IMG/VR virus record: IMGVR_UViG_3300032240_001667 | Span: 15,104-79,103 of that record | Source of the DNA: a virus | Strand: one strand, 5' to 3' | DNA: 64,000 bases | Shown here: positions 50,018 through 59,658 of the stretch, piece by piece | Position numbering within the stretch: the first letter of the stretch is position 1 | How the letters are laid out: each line of letters starts with the position of its first letter | Notes under the pieces: model-generated | Told to the model about the DNA's origin: nothing | Databases searched by the model: none | The model's input: the letters and a program-made list of their open reading frames with translations, nothing else | Made by a program: the position numbers and the translations under genes

Positions 50018-50707
50018 ATGGATACAGGATACGCACCAAAAAATAATTTTAAACCAAAAATAATAAAAGGCTTTTTTACAGAAAAAGAATTAACAACAAT
50101 TCTTGAAATTGTAGAAAATCAAAAAAATGATAAAGAAATTGATAAATTTTATCAACCTTTTGTTATTGAAAAAATGTCTAGAATGCAAATAGAAGTAATT
50201 TATCCAAAAGAAATAAAAGAAAAACTTGAAAGTTTTGCATCTGAAATTGTTGGTGAAAAAGTTTTAATGCATCATAATAGTTATTTAAGTTATAACTTAA
50301 AGCATGGGAAAGGAGTAAACCCTTCTTTACCACCCCACTATGATTCAGATAATTTTTATTCAAAATTAACAATGGACTATCAATTAAATAAAAATATTGA
50401 TTGGGTTATAAGAATTGAAGAAGAAGAGTTTAATCTTGAATTTGGTGACTTGCTTATTTTTTGGGGTGCTGGAAATGTTCATTGGAGAGATCCAATTTTA
50501 TTTAAAGATGAAGATAATACAGAAGTTTTGACAATGCATTTTTCAACCATGGAAGATCATCTTAAATTAAATTCTATTTCAAGAACACAAGAGGCAAGAG
50601 ATAAAAGAATGTCTATTTGGAATGAAAGATTAGATTATACAAAATATAAAACTGAATATGATTTAAAAGAAAAATTATTAAAAATTAAAAATAAACAAAA
50701 AATATAA
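50018..50707 (+). CDS. 2OG-Fe(II) oxygenase-like protein
   Basis: LPPHYD (HxD) ... GDLLIF..GNVHWR (distal His and Arg). Confidence 0.7.
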   Translation: MDTGYAPKNNFKPKIIKGFFTEKELTTILEIVENQKNDKEIDKFYQPFVIEKMSRMQIEVIYPKEIKEKLESFASEIVGEKVLMHHNSYLSYNLKHGKGVNPSLPPHYDSDNFYSKLTMDYQLNKNIDWVIRIEEEEFNLEFGDLLIFWGAGNVHWRDPILFKDEDNTEVLTMHFSTMEDHLKLNSISRTQEARDKRMSIWNERLDYTKYKTEYDLKEKLLKIKNKQKI

Positions 50708-50717
50708 TGGGGTAAAA

Positions 50718-51017
50718 ATGGAACAAACAACAATAGATATGGTAAATGGTTTGTCAGAAATAGCAGACTATATGCAGGATGAAGAATTAACAACAGCATT
50801 AACATTTATTGCTAAAATAATTATTAAACCAGATATTCCTTTAAATGTTGCAACAGTTGAAATTGTAAGGCTACAAGCAATTGCAGCAAAGATGGCATTT
50901 AAAGCAACATGGATGGCAAATGTAGATAAATCTGACCGTGGAAAAAAGAATCTATATTATACAGCAGCAGAATCTATTAATAATTTGGTATCTGCATTAA
51001 AATATATAATAAGATAA
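50718..51017 (+). CDS. Conserved hypothetical helical protein
   Basis: ORF with SD in the recombination module. Confidence 0.6.
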   Translation: MEQTTIDMVNGLSEIADYMQDEELTTALTFIAKIIIKPDIPLNVATVEIVRLQAIAAKMAFKATWMANVDKSDRGKKNLYYTAAESINNLVSALKYIIR

Positions 51018-51048
51018 TCTGCTATACTTAATAGAACAGAAACGGAAA

Positions 51049-51846
51049 ATGATGACAAAGAGTTTATTGCAACAAATAATGATAAAAAAAGATACACCAA
51101 CACCGAATTCGCTAGATGTTGATTCTTTAGTTGAAAAGATAAAGTCTGGCTATACAGTTAATCGTATAGATAAACATACTCAAAAGAAAACATTTGCTCC
51201 ATCTACCATTGCTTATGGTCACGGAGAGTGTCCGAGATACTGGTACCTTGCTTTTGATGGTCAAACCTTTGAAGATAATGCAGATGCATATGGTGCAGCA
51301 AACATGACTGCTGGAACAAAATCACATGAAAGAATTCAAGAAGCCATGGGAAATGTTGAAAATTTTCTTGTAGATTCTGAATTTAAAATTACATATTCTG
51401 ATCCACCAATTTTTGGTTATGGTGATGTTATGCTTAATTGGCAAGGAGAACCATTGCTTGGTGAAATTAAAACCATGATGAATGAGGGTTTTGAATATCG
51501 CAAAGCACATATGAAGCCTAAAACTGGTCATCTAATTCAATTATTGATTTATATGAAGATTTTAAAAAAAGCAAAAGCAGTATTGATTTATGAAAATAAA
51601 AATAATCACGAACTTTTGGTTTTGCCAGTAGAAGTAAATGATCATTACCGTCAATGGGTAGATCAGGCTTTTGAATGGATGAGAACAGTAAGAAAAGCAT
51701 GGGTAGATAGAACTCTTCCTAAAAAGAATTATAGATCTAATTCAAAGATTTGTAAAAACTGTCCAATTCAAAAAGCATGTTCTTCAGCAGACATCGGGGA
51801 TGTAAAAATAAATTCCTTGGAGCCTCTGACTGATGAAGCATTGTAG
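51049..51846 (+). CDS. Cas4-like PD-(D/E)XK exonuclease
   Basis: ECPR, G..SHERIQ, GYGD, GEIKT, QLLIY, CKNCPIQKAC (four-Cys cluster). Confidence 0.82.
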   Translation: MMTKSLLQQIMIKKDTPTPNSLDVDSLVEKIKSGYTVNRIDKHTQKKTFAPSTIAYGHGECPRYWYLAFDGQTFEDNADAYGAANMTAGTKSHERIQEAMGNVENFLVDSEFKITYSDPPIFGYGDVMLNWQGEPLLGEIKTMMNEGFEYRKAHMKPKTGHLIQLLIYMKILKKAKAVLIYENKNNHELLVLPVEVNDHYRQWVDQAFEWMRTVRKAWVDRTLPKKNYRSNSKICKNCPIQKACSSADIGDVKINSLEPLTDEAL

Positions 51847-52117
51847 TTTTTGTGATAAAACCTTTACTTCAATAATTTCTTATCAAATATATTGTTCTGT
51901 AGACTGCAGAGAATTAGCAACAAAAGAAAAAATATCAGCAAGATATATACACACAAGAAGACAAAAAAGAGTTGGAAAAGATAGAAGATGTAAAAGTTGT
52001 GATAATGTTTTGTCTATATATAATGACGAATCTTTATGTATGGACTGCAATGTTAATCCAGTAGAAGTAAAAAAGATTTTAAAAAAAATAAAAGGAATTG
52101 CAAATGGTAAAGAATAA
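51833..52117 (+). CDS. Cys-rich zinc-binding hypothetical protein
   Basis: CSFC, YCSVDC, CKSC, CMDC. Confidence 0.6.
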   Translation: MKHCSFCDKTFTSIISYQIYCSVDCRELATKEKISARYIHTRRQKRVGKDRRCKSCDNVLSIYNDESLCMDCNVNPVEVKKILKKIKGIANGKE

Positions 52118-52694
52118 ATGGGGAGTAGAAATTAAACCAAAACGCATTTGTGCAATTGATGCAAGTACGAATAGCCTTGCTTATGCAACCTTTGATGATG
52201 AACATTTAAAAGAAGTTGGAAAGATTAAATTTGAAGGAAAAGATATTTATGAAAAAGTTATTGATGCTGGAAGAAAGTCTAAAGAATTATTTAAACATAT
52301 TGTAAATGTTGATGCAATTGTTATTGAGCATACAGTATTTATGAATAGTCCTAAGACTGCTGCAGACCTTGCATTAGTTCAGGGTGCATTGCTTGGTGCT
52401 GCAGGTCAATCAGGTATTCGTATTATTGGCAAAGTAGCACCAATTACTTGGCAAAATTTTATTGGCAATAAGAAAATTTCTAAAGATGAAAAACTATATA
52501 TTAAATCACAAAACCCTGGTAAGTCAGAATCTTGGTTAAAATCTTATGAAAGAGAACTTCGCAAACAAAGAACTATTAACTTTATTAATATTCAATATGA
52601 TAAAACTATTAATGATAACGATGTAGCAGATGCTTGTGGCATTGGGCATTGGGCAATTAAAAATTGGAATAAAGCAACAGGGGTTGACAATTAA
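52104..52694 (+). CDS. ruvC: RuvC-like resolvase
   Basis: AIDASTNSLAYA, IVIEH, PITWQ, NDVADACGI. Confidence 0.75.
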   Translation: MVKNKWGVEIKPKRICAIDASTNSLAYATFDDEHLKEVGKIKFEGKDIYEKVIDAGRKSKELFKHIVNVDAIVIEHTVFMNSPKTAADLALVQGALLGAAGQSGIRIIGKVAPITWQNFIGNKKISKDEKLYIKSQNPGKSESWLKSYERELRKQRTINFINIQYDKTINDNDVADACGIGHWAIKNWNKATGVDN

Positions 52695-52712
52695 CGATAT
52701 GTCTGCTAAACT
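52684..52712 (+). promoter_or_regulatory. Promoter TTGACA-N17-TAAACT (with TG extension) upstream of the terminase region
   Basis: Consensus elements overlapping the start of the small HTH gene. Confidence 0.6.
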
Positions 52713-52854
52713 ATATACAAGTGAAACATTTATGCGTAAACGCTATCTTGTGGATAAAAAAAGTCCAGAAGAAATTGCCAAAGAGTGCTCTGCAAGCGTA
52801 GAAACAATATATGTATATCTTGCAAAATTTGGATTGAGGAAGTCTAAAAGATGA
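52699..52854 (+). CDS. Small HTH protein
   Basis: KSPEEIAKECSASVETIYVYLAKFGL. Confidence 0.6.
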   Translation: MSAKLYTSETFMRKRYLVDKKSPEEIAKECSASVETIYVYLAKFGLRKSKR

Positions 52855-52970
52855 ATAAAAAGAAAATTGTTTTAGCCTTAGCCATTGCTAGTGCGGTTGG
52901 AATTACCTATTCAATTTTAACATTAAAAGATATACCAGACCTTTTTGACTGGGACTTTGATGATGAGTAA
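52851..52970 (+). CDS. Small single-pass membrane protein (not in ORF track)
   Basis: MNKKKIVLALAIASAVGITYSILTLKDIPDLFDWDFDDE*; ATGA overlap with the upstream gene. Confidence 0.55.
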   Translation: MNKKKIVLALAIASAVGITYSILTLKDIPDLFDWDFDDE

Positions 52971-53205
52971 TAATTTAAACATTACGGTAGATCAAGTTAA
53001 TCATCCACAACACTATACAACAGATCCGTCTGGAGTTGAGTGTATTCAAATAACAAGACACAGAAATTTTAATATTGGAAATGCTTTTAAATATTTATGG
53101 AGAGCAGGACTCAAAGATGAATCTAAAACTATTCAAGATTTAGAAAAAGCAATATTTTATATTAAAGATGAGATTAATAGATTAGAGGGCAAGTATGTCA
53201 ACTGA
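52963..53205 (+). CDS. DUF3310 / T7 gp1.7-like nucleotide kinase family protein
   Basis: DQVNHPQHY, ECI, GNAFKYLWRAGLK, DLEKAIFYI. Confidence 0.8.
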   Translation: MSNNLNITVDQVNHPQHYTTDPSGVECIQITRHRNFNIGNAFKYLWRAGLKDESKTIQDLEKAIFYIKDEINRLEGKYVN

Positions 53206-53728
53206 AGACGATGTTATTAAACATTTAGATCAAGTTAATCTTGTTGTTGAAGAATATTTAAAAGGAAATGATCCAACAACAATTTCAAAACAGTTAACAA
53301 TTCCAAGACAAAGAGTGGTTGCTTATATTGATGAATGGAAAGTTGGTGCTTCAAATAACGCAGCGATTCGTGCTAGAGCAAAAGAAGCGTTGTCTGGTGC
53401 AGATGCACATTATAGTAAATTAATTTTAAAGTCTTATGAAGTTATTGATGAAGCATCTATGACAAATAATCTTAGTGCAAAAACTGCTGCAATTAAACTT
53501 GTTATGGATATTGAATCTAAAAGAATTGACATGCTTCAAAAAGCAGGACTTCTTGAAAATAAAGAACTTGCAGATGAAATGGTAGAAATTGAAAATAGAC
53601 AAGAAGTTTTGGTTGGAATTTTAAGAGATATAGCGTCCTCTCACCCAGAGGTTCGTGATTTGATTATGCGTAAACTTTCTGCAATATCCAAAGAAAATGA
53701 AATTATAACGGTAATATCAGATGTATGA
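53195..53728 (+). CDS. Terminase small subunit, putative
   Basis: N-terminal HTH plus helical body directly upstream of the large subunit. Confidence 0.6.
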   Translation: MSTEDDVIKHLDQVNLVVEEYLKGNDPTTISKQLTIPRQRVVAYIDEWKVGASNNAAIRARAKEALSGADAHYSKLILKSYEVIDEASMTNNLSAKTAAIKLVMDIESKRIDMLQKAGLLENKELADEMVEIENRQEVLVGILRDIASSHPEVRDLIMRKLSAISKENEIITVISDV

Positions 53729-55490
53729 TGATTTTTTAGAAGCACTTAAAGACAATAATTTTAAAGAGATTCCAGTAAATGCTAAAGCATTTGTTGAGGG
53801 AAAAGATTATTTAGGTCAACCACCACTTTCAGATATACAATACGATATTGTAGAAGCAATGAGTCAAATCTATAGATTAGAAGATGTTATTGATATTTTA
53901 GGTGAAGTTGAAGGCACAAGATATTATAAAAAATATACAAAGAACGAAGTTATTCTTCAACTTGGCAAGGGATCTGGAAAAGACTTTACATCTACAGTAG
54001 CATGTGCATATATTGTATATAAGTTGCTATGCTTAAAAGAGCCAGCAAGATATTTTGGAAAACCTCACGGTGATGCTATTGATATTATCAATGTGGCTAT
54101 TAACGCCCAGCAGGCAAAAAATGTTTTCTTTAAGGGATTTAAAACAAAGATTGAAAATTCTCCATGGTTTGCTGGAAAGTTTAATGCTAAAGCAGAAAGC
54201 ATTGAGTTTGATGATTCAATAACAGTTTATTCTGGACACTCAGAGCGTGAATCACATGAGGGTTTAAATCTTATTTTAGCAGTGCTTGATGAAATTTCTG
54301 GTTTTGCTCAAGAAGTTAATACTGGAAATGAACAAGGAAAGACTGCTGATAATATATATAAAGCATTTCGTGCTTCAGTAGATTCTCGTTTTCCAGATCT
54401 GGGAAAAGTCGCACTACTTTCATTTCCTCGTTTTCCAGGAGACTTTATTTCACAAAGATATGATGATGTAGTTGCTGAAAAAGAAATTATAAACCACACA
54501 CATAAGTTTATTATGAATCCAGATCTACCAGAAGATGCCGATGGCAATTCATTAGAAATTAATTGGGATGAAGATACAATCCTTTCTTATAAATATCCTG
54601 GGGTATTTGCATTAAAAAGACCAACATGGGCAGTAAATCCAACTAGAAAAATTGATGATTTTAAATTAGCATTCTATACAGATTTAGGAGATGCTATGCA
54701 AAGATTTGCATGCGTTCCAACTTATTCTTCAGATGCGTTTTTTAAACAAATTGAAAAAGTAAGATCATGTATGACATTAAGAAATCCTTTAGATCCATAT
54801 CGCAGATTTGATGAAACCTTTAAACCCGATCCAGATAAAACATATTACATCCATGCTGACCTTGCACAAAAACATGATAAGTGTGCTGTAGCAATAGCAC
54901 ATGTTGATAAATGGGTAAATATTCAAGTAATAAAAGATTATTCTCAGGTTGCTCCTGTTGTAATTGTAGATGCGGTTGCATATTGGGAACCTAAAGTAGA
55001 AGGTCCTGTAAATCTTTCAGAAGTTAAACAATGGATTCAAAATCTTCGTAGACTTGGATTTAATATTGGAATGGTTTCATTTGACCGTTGGCAATCTTTT
55101 GATATTCAAAATGAATTAAAGCAGGTTGGAATGAGAACTGAAACAGTTTCTGTTGCTAAAAAACATTATGAAGATATGGCAATGCTTGTTTATGAAGAAA
55201 GACTTGCAATGCCAGCAATAGACTTATTATTTGAAGAACTTACAGAATTAAAAATAATGAAAAATAATAGAGTTGACCACCCACGCAAAAAATCTAAAGA
55301 TTTAGCAGATGCTGTGTGTGGTGCAATATTTGGAGCAATTTCACATACTCCAAAAAATATGAACACTGAGGTTGAAATTCATACTTTTAGTGATAGACCA
55401 AAAGTTGACACAAACCAAACAAGTGTGATAGAATATAAACCTATGCCAGATGATGTAAAAGAATATTTGGATAGATTTAACCTACTATAA
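53721..55490 (+). CDS. terL: Terminase large subunit
   Basis: Walker A GKGSGKD, Walker B AVLDEISG, nuclease HADLA, SFDRWQS, DHP..KSKDLADA. Confidence 0.9.
   Translation: MYDDFLEALKDNNFKEIPVNAKAFVEGKDYLGQPPLSDIQYDIVEAMSQIYRLEDVIDILGEVEGTRYYKKYTKNEVILQLGKGSGKDFTSTVACAYIVYKLLCLKEPARYFGKPHGDAIDIINVAINAQQAKNVFFKGFKTKIENSPWFAGKFNAKAESIEFDDSITVYSGHSERESHEGLNLILAVLDEISGFAQEVNTGNEQGKTADNIYKAFRASVDSRFPDLGKVALLSFPRFPGDFISQRYDDVVAEKEIINHTHKFIMNPDLPEDADGNSLEINWDEDTILSYKYPGVFALKRPTWAVNPTRKIDDFKLAFYTDLGDAMQRFACVPTYSSDAFFKQIEKVRSCMTLRNPLDPYRRFDETFKPDPDKTYYIHADLAQKHDKCAVAIAHVDKWVNIQVIKDYSQVAPVVIVDAVAYWEPKVEGPVNLSEVKQWIQNLRRLGFNIGMVSFDRWQSFDIQNELKQVGMRTETVSVAKKHYEDMAMLVYEERLAMPAIDLLFEELTELKIMKNNRVDHPRKKSKDLADAVCGAIFGAISHTPKNMNTEVEIHTFSDRPKVDTNQTSVIEYKPMPDDVKEYLDRFNLL
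55405..55434 (+). promoter_or_regulatory. Promoter TTGACA-N18-TAGAAT (with TG extension) for the secreted protein gene
   Basis: Inside the 3' end of terL, 70 nt upstream of ATG 55505. Confidence 0.65.
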
Positions 55491-55504
55491 GAAAAGGAAA
55501 ATGA

Positions 55505-56605
55505 ATGAATTCATTTAAGAAAATCTCTATTGCTACTGCTGCAGCCCTAGCAATTACAGGTCTTTCTGTAACAGCATCTTCTGCTGCCCCATTGGCAGTA
55601 ACAGTTGCAAGTGCAGCAAATACCACTACATCTGCAGCACCATCAACAGTTGCTGTTCCAGTAACAAATGTTATTGATGCAGCACACTCACTTGCTCTTG
55701 CAGCAACAGCAGATACAGGAACATCAGTAGTGTTCACTGCTTCATCAACTGTTAAGTTGGTTTCAGCACTTAATACAACTCTTGCACCAGTTTCTGTTGC
55801 ATCAGGTGTGTCATCAATTTCTGTAACATCAACAGGTGTTGCAACAACAGTGTATGCATATACAACATCAACAGCAGTTGGTTCAGTAACCATTACAAAT
55901 GGTGCATATTCAACAATCGTTTACGTACAGGGAACAGCAGGAGTTGCAGCAAATGTTGCAGTTTCAGTTCCATCAGCAACAGCAGTTGGCACAGTTCCAA
56001 CAATTAATGTTTCTGCAACAGACGTATTTGGAAACCCAGTTGCATCTGAGGCTGTTTCTGTAACATTGATCGGTGCAACATTCTCTGATGCATCAATTAC
56101 AAAGACTCTTACAACTTCTGCAGTAACTTCTGCAGCAGGTGTTACACCAGTAACAGTATTGGGTTCAGCAACAGGTACGCTTGCTACCGCCGTAGCAGGT
56201 ACAGTAACTGTAGTTGCAACAGATGCTTCAATTGCAACAACTGCAACAGGTCTTCCTGCAGCAGTAAAGTCAGCAATTGCAACATTCTCGGTATCTGATC
56301 TTGGTGCACAAATTGCTGCACTTAATGCACAAGTATCATCATTAACTGCACAACTAGCAGCATCACTTGCTGCTCGTGCAGCAGATAAGGTTACAGCAGA
56401 TAAGGCTCTTGCAGATGCAAACGCAAAGGCTGTTTCAGATGTTGCAAAGGCATCAACAGATTCAGCAACAGCACTTGCAACAGCAAAGGCTGCATCAGAT
56501 GCAGCAGCAGTAACTGCTGCAGCAGCATATAAAGCAGAGTACAATGCTCTTGCTACAAAGTGGAACAAGGCTCATCCAAAGGCTAAGGTCGCACTAAAGA
56601 AGTAA
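55505..56605 (+). CDS. Secreted Ala/Thr/Val-rich surface protein (Ig-like beta region plus C-terminal coiled coil)
   Basis: Signal peptide MNSFKKISIATAAALAITGLSVTASSA; ATDVFGNPV Big-like motif; basic C-terminus KWNKAHPKAKVALKK. Confidence 0.7.
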   Translation: MNSFKKISIATAAALAITGLSVTASSAAPLAVTVASAANTTTSAAPSTVAVPVTNVIDAAHSLALAATADTGTSVVFTASSTVKLVSALNTTLAPVSVASGVSSISVTSTGVATTVYAYTTSTAVGSVTITNGAYSTIVYVQGTAGVAANVAVSVPSATAVGTVPTINVSATDVFGNPVASEAVSVTLIGATFSDASITKTLTTSAVTSAAGVTPVTVLGSATGTLATAVAGTVTVVATDASIATTATGLPAAVKSAIATFSVSDLGAQIAALNAQVSSLTAQLAASLAARAADKVTADKALADANAKAVSDVAKASTDSATALATAKAASDAAAVTAAAAYKAEYNALATKWNKAHPKAKVALKK

Positions 56606-56621
56606 CTTAATCCAACAACTG

Positions 56622-56653
56622 GGGGGATTGGCTAAATGCTAGTCCCCCTTTTT
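56622..56653 (+). terminator. Rho-independent terminator
   Basis: GGGGGATTGGC-TAAAT-GCTAGTCCCCC-TTTTT. Confidence 0.85.
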
Positions 56654-56712
56654 GTATAATAAAATGGTATAATCATCTTATCAGACATCTTGTCTATAAG
56701 GGGGAAGGGTAA

Positions 56713-59469
56713 ATAAAAAGATTAATTCAAAGATCAGCACTTGTAGCATTATTATTAATGTTGTGGTTTTTATTTTCTCCACAACAAAAAGCCCATGCTG
56801 ATGAAGCCACAGTACAGGTAGCCCCTACTCTTACACCCATTTCAGACACATCAACTGTCGTAGCGGTCACTATAGCCTCTATACAAGCAAAAATAGATTC
56901 ATCGACAACAATTTTAAATTCACAAGCACAAGTTCAGTCCACAAATATCATAAATACTGTAGTAGCCAATAATCCAACGGTAGATAAACAAACAGCAATA
57001 TCTATTGCCACAACTCAAGAACCAATAAAAACAGCAGTTGAGCAAGCCTCTCAAAAAGTTGGGGATGCAAATAATGCCATCTCTTCAGCACAAACAGCAA
57101 TACAAGTTATCATTGCAGCACAAACAAATGTTGATACTCAAACAGCAACAGTAGCCTCTACTCAAGCAGCAGTAAATTCCCAAACAGCAATAGTAACGCA
57201 ATCCTTTACTATTGTAGATTCTGCAACTGTTACAGTAAATGATGCTCAAACTACTTTAACAACTGAGGTTGCAAAGTTACCAGATCTTAAAGATACTCAA
57301 AGAACAACAGAGTCTGGTTTTTATACAGAAAACTCTAATCTTGGAACTGCTACAAGTAATGTTCAAATAGCAGAAACAAATTTAACTAATGCTATAACAG
57401 ATTTAACTAATAATGGAACTATTCAAACAACAACTAATGGTGTAACTGCAACTGTATATGCTGCAGGTGGAAGATCACCTGCACTTCCCGCCTCAAATGC
57501 AACTCCAATATTAACTACTACTGTTCCTCAAATTACTTATAACTGGGGCAATGGACCAGTTATGGGTACACGATCAGACGGGGTAATTGTAAAGTTTACT
57601 GGAACTATCACCATACCAAATGAAGCAAATTTATTAAGATATGCAGTTTATTCTGATGACGGAGCATTGCTTTATATTGATGGACAAGTAGCAATTAACA
57701 ACTGGAAAGATCAGGGTTCTACTTGGAGCCAATACAGCCAAACATACAATGTTGCAACAGATAAACAACAAGATTTTACTCTTTGGTATTATGAAAATGG
57801 CGGGGGAGCAGTATGCACTCTAGGCTGGATGATTATTAGAGCAGATGGCACAGGTTATTTTACAAGCCCTACAGCAGTAAATTTTGGTACAACTACAACC
57901 ACAGTAGATCCAGTTAAACTTGCTACTGCAGATGCAGCAAAAGCCAATTTGGGTTCTGCTAATTCTGCATATGCTACACAATTAGCAGTTAGAGATGCTG
58001 CATATCAAGCATGGCAAGATGCTATTCATGCAGTAGACGCACAACAATCAATTATTGATGCAGCACAAGCAGCATATGATACTGCTCAACAAAACCTAAC
58101 AACTGCTCAGCAAAACCTAACAATAAAACAACAAAACCTAACAAACTTACAGTCTAATTTAGCAGAAACCTCACAATCTTTGATAGTAGCACAAGAAACC
58201 CTACAAGTCTCAATTCAAACTGCAGACTCTCTTGCAAATACTGCAACAACAAAAGTAAATGAAGCAGTAACTGCAATGACAAATGCTGCTCAAGTTACAC
58301 AAGATTATTATGCAGAGCAAGCAAGAATTGCTGCAGAAGCAGAAGCAGCAAGACAAGCAGCGATTAAAGCAGAGGCTGATCGTCAAGCAGCATTGGCTAA
58401 AGCAGCAGCAGAGAAGGCAGCAGCAGATGCAGCATTGGCTGCACAACAGGCTGCAGATGCACAAGCAAGAGCCGAAAGGGCACAGGCTTTAGCAGAGCAA
58501 GCAGCCAAAGAAAAAGCAGCAGCAGAGTCTGCAGCAGCAGCACAACAGGCTGCAAATGAAAAGGCTGCAGCGGAAGCAAAGGCAGCAGAGGATGCAAGGA
58601 TTGCTGCTGAACAAGCAGCCAAGGAAGCACAAGCAGCAGCAGACAAAGCAGCAGAAGATGCTAAAATTCAAGCAGCAAAAGATGCACAAGCAGCAGCAGA
58701 TGCTGCTAAAGCAGAAACAGATGCAAAAGAAAAGGCTGCACGGGATGCTGCATTAGCAGAGCAAAAGGCTAAAGATGAGGCTGCTCAAAAAGCACAACAA
58801 GAAGCAAATGCTAAAGCCGAAGCAGATAAAGCAAAGGCTGAGGCAGACAAGATAGCAGCAGATCAGGCTGCAAAAGATCAGGCAGCAAAAGATGCTAAAG
58901 TACAAGCAGATGCTGCAATTCAAGCACAAAGAGATGCACAGGCCAAGGCTGATGCACAAAAGGCAGCGGATGATAAAGCAAAACAGGATGCTATTGGGGT
59001 AAAACCAAATAGCCCAGATCAACTTTCAGATACAGTAGTTAAAGAAGCACCAAAAGAAGTGTTAGTTCCACACATACAACAAGACAAGCCAGGAATTGAA
59101 AATGGCGGAATAGAGTTCTTTGGAACAAAAACAGCACCTCAAGTTGTGGGGGAAGATGGAAAAATTACACCACCCGCACCTCCTCCAGGTTCAGGCCTAC
59201 CAATTCCAGCAGATGCGATTACAACGCAGGATACATTTATTGGGCAACCTGGAGGAACAACATTTAATGCACCAGACATCGCAGTACCAGTTATTGAAAC
59301 TCCAGTAACTGGAACACTTGCAATTGTTCCTGGAGTACAAGAACTAAATCATGCATTTGTTGCTATGTCAAATATCGGAAATGATATGTCACCAGTAACA
59401 AGAAAGAAAGCAAAGAAAATATTGGTATTAACCATAGCGGTTGCTGCCATCAGAAGGAGGTTCAATTAA
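56713..59469 (+). CDS. Secreted PA14-domain protein with long Ala/Lys/Glu coiled coil (probable ATA start)
   Basis: PA14: YNWGNG, VKFTGTITIP, YSDDGALLYIDG, WYYENGGGA. Signal peptide ending AHA|DE. C-terminal RKKAKKILVLTIAVAAIRRRFN. Confidence 0.75.
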   Translation: MKRLIQRSALVALLLMLWFLFSPQQKAHADEATVQVAPTLTPISDTSTVVAVTIASIQAKIDSSTTILNSQAQVQSTNIINTVVANNPTVDKQTAISIATTQEPIKTAVEQASQKVGDANNAISSAQTAIQVIIAAQTNVDTQTATVASTQAAVNSQTAIVTQSFTIVDSATVTVNDAQTTLTTEVAKLPDLKDTQRTTESGFYTENSNLGTATSNVQIAETNLTNAITDLTNNGTIQTTTNGVTATVYAAGGRSPALPASNATPILTTTVPQITYNWGNGPVMGTRSDGVIVKFTGTITIPNEANLLRYAVYSDDGALLYIDGQVAINNWKDQGSTWSQYSQTYNVATDKQQDFTLWYYENGGGAVCTLGWMIIRADGTGYFTSPTAVNFGTTTTTVDPVKLATADAAKANLGSANSAYATQLAVRDAAYQAWQDAIHAVDAQQSIIDAAQAAYDTAQQNLTTAQQNLTIKQQNLTNLQSNLAETSQSLIVAQETLQVSIQTADSLANTATTKVNEAVTAMTNAAQVTQDYYAEQARIAAEAEAARQAAIKAEADRQAALAKAAAEKAAADAALAAQQAADAQARAERAQALAEQAAKEKAAAESAAAAQQAANEKAAAEAKAAEDARIAAEQAAKEAQAAADKAAEDAKIQAAKDAQAAADAAKAETDAKEKAARDAALAEQKAKDEAAQKAQQEANAKAEADKAKAEADKIAADQAAKDQAAKDAKVQADAAIQAQRDAQAKADAQKAADDKAKQDAIGVKPNSPDQLSDTVVKEAPKEVLVPHIQQDKPGIENGGIEFFGTKTAPQVVGEDGKITPPAPPPGSGLPIPADAITTQDTFIGQPGGTTFNAPDIAVPVIETPVTGTLAIVPGVQELNHAFVAMSNIGNDMSPVTRKKAKKILVLTIAVAAIRRRFN

Positions 59470-59654
59470 TGAAACAGTTCTTTAAAGATATATCAAAAGA
59501 CTTTTTCAGTGAGATTTGGACATTTGTTGGGCTATTCTCAGCATGGCTCGTTCTTACTGGATCAGCAAAAACAGTAATTGGTAAAGTAACATTAGTATCA
59601 TTTGTTGTTTGGGTAATAACCCTAAGACTAAGAAATCCAAAGGAAGGAGAATAA
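59469..59654 (+). CDS. Small two-TM membrane protein
   Basis: IWTFVGLFSAWLVLTG and VTLVSFVVWVITL. Confidence 0.65.
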   Translation: MKQFFKDISKDFFSEIWTFVGLFSAWLVLTGSAKTVIGKVTLVSFVVWVITLRLRNPKEGE

Positions 59655-59658
59655 AAAA

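Noticed and set aside
51049-51846. CRISPR-Cas locus suggested by Cas4-like gene
   Set aside because: No repeat-spacer array or other cas genes seen; solo Cas4-like nucleases are common in phage recombination modules.
9080-55490. Inteins or introns in nrdJ, dnaB, dnaE, recA, terL
   Set aside because: All have normal lengths and contiguous motifs.
55477-59022. Minus-strand and alternate-frame ORFs (also 771-1085, 3615-3986, 5588-6166, 17461-18048), including Cys-rich ones
   Set aside because: Shadows of GCA/GCT-rich Ala codons in the + strand genes; no SD, promoters or independent motifs.
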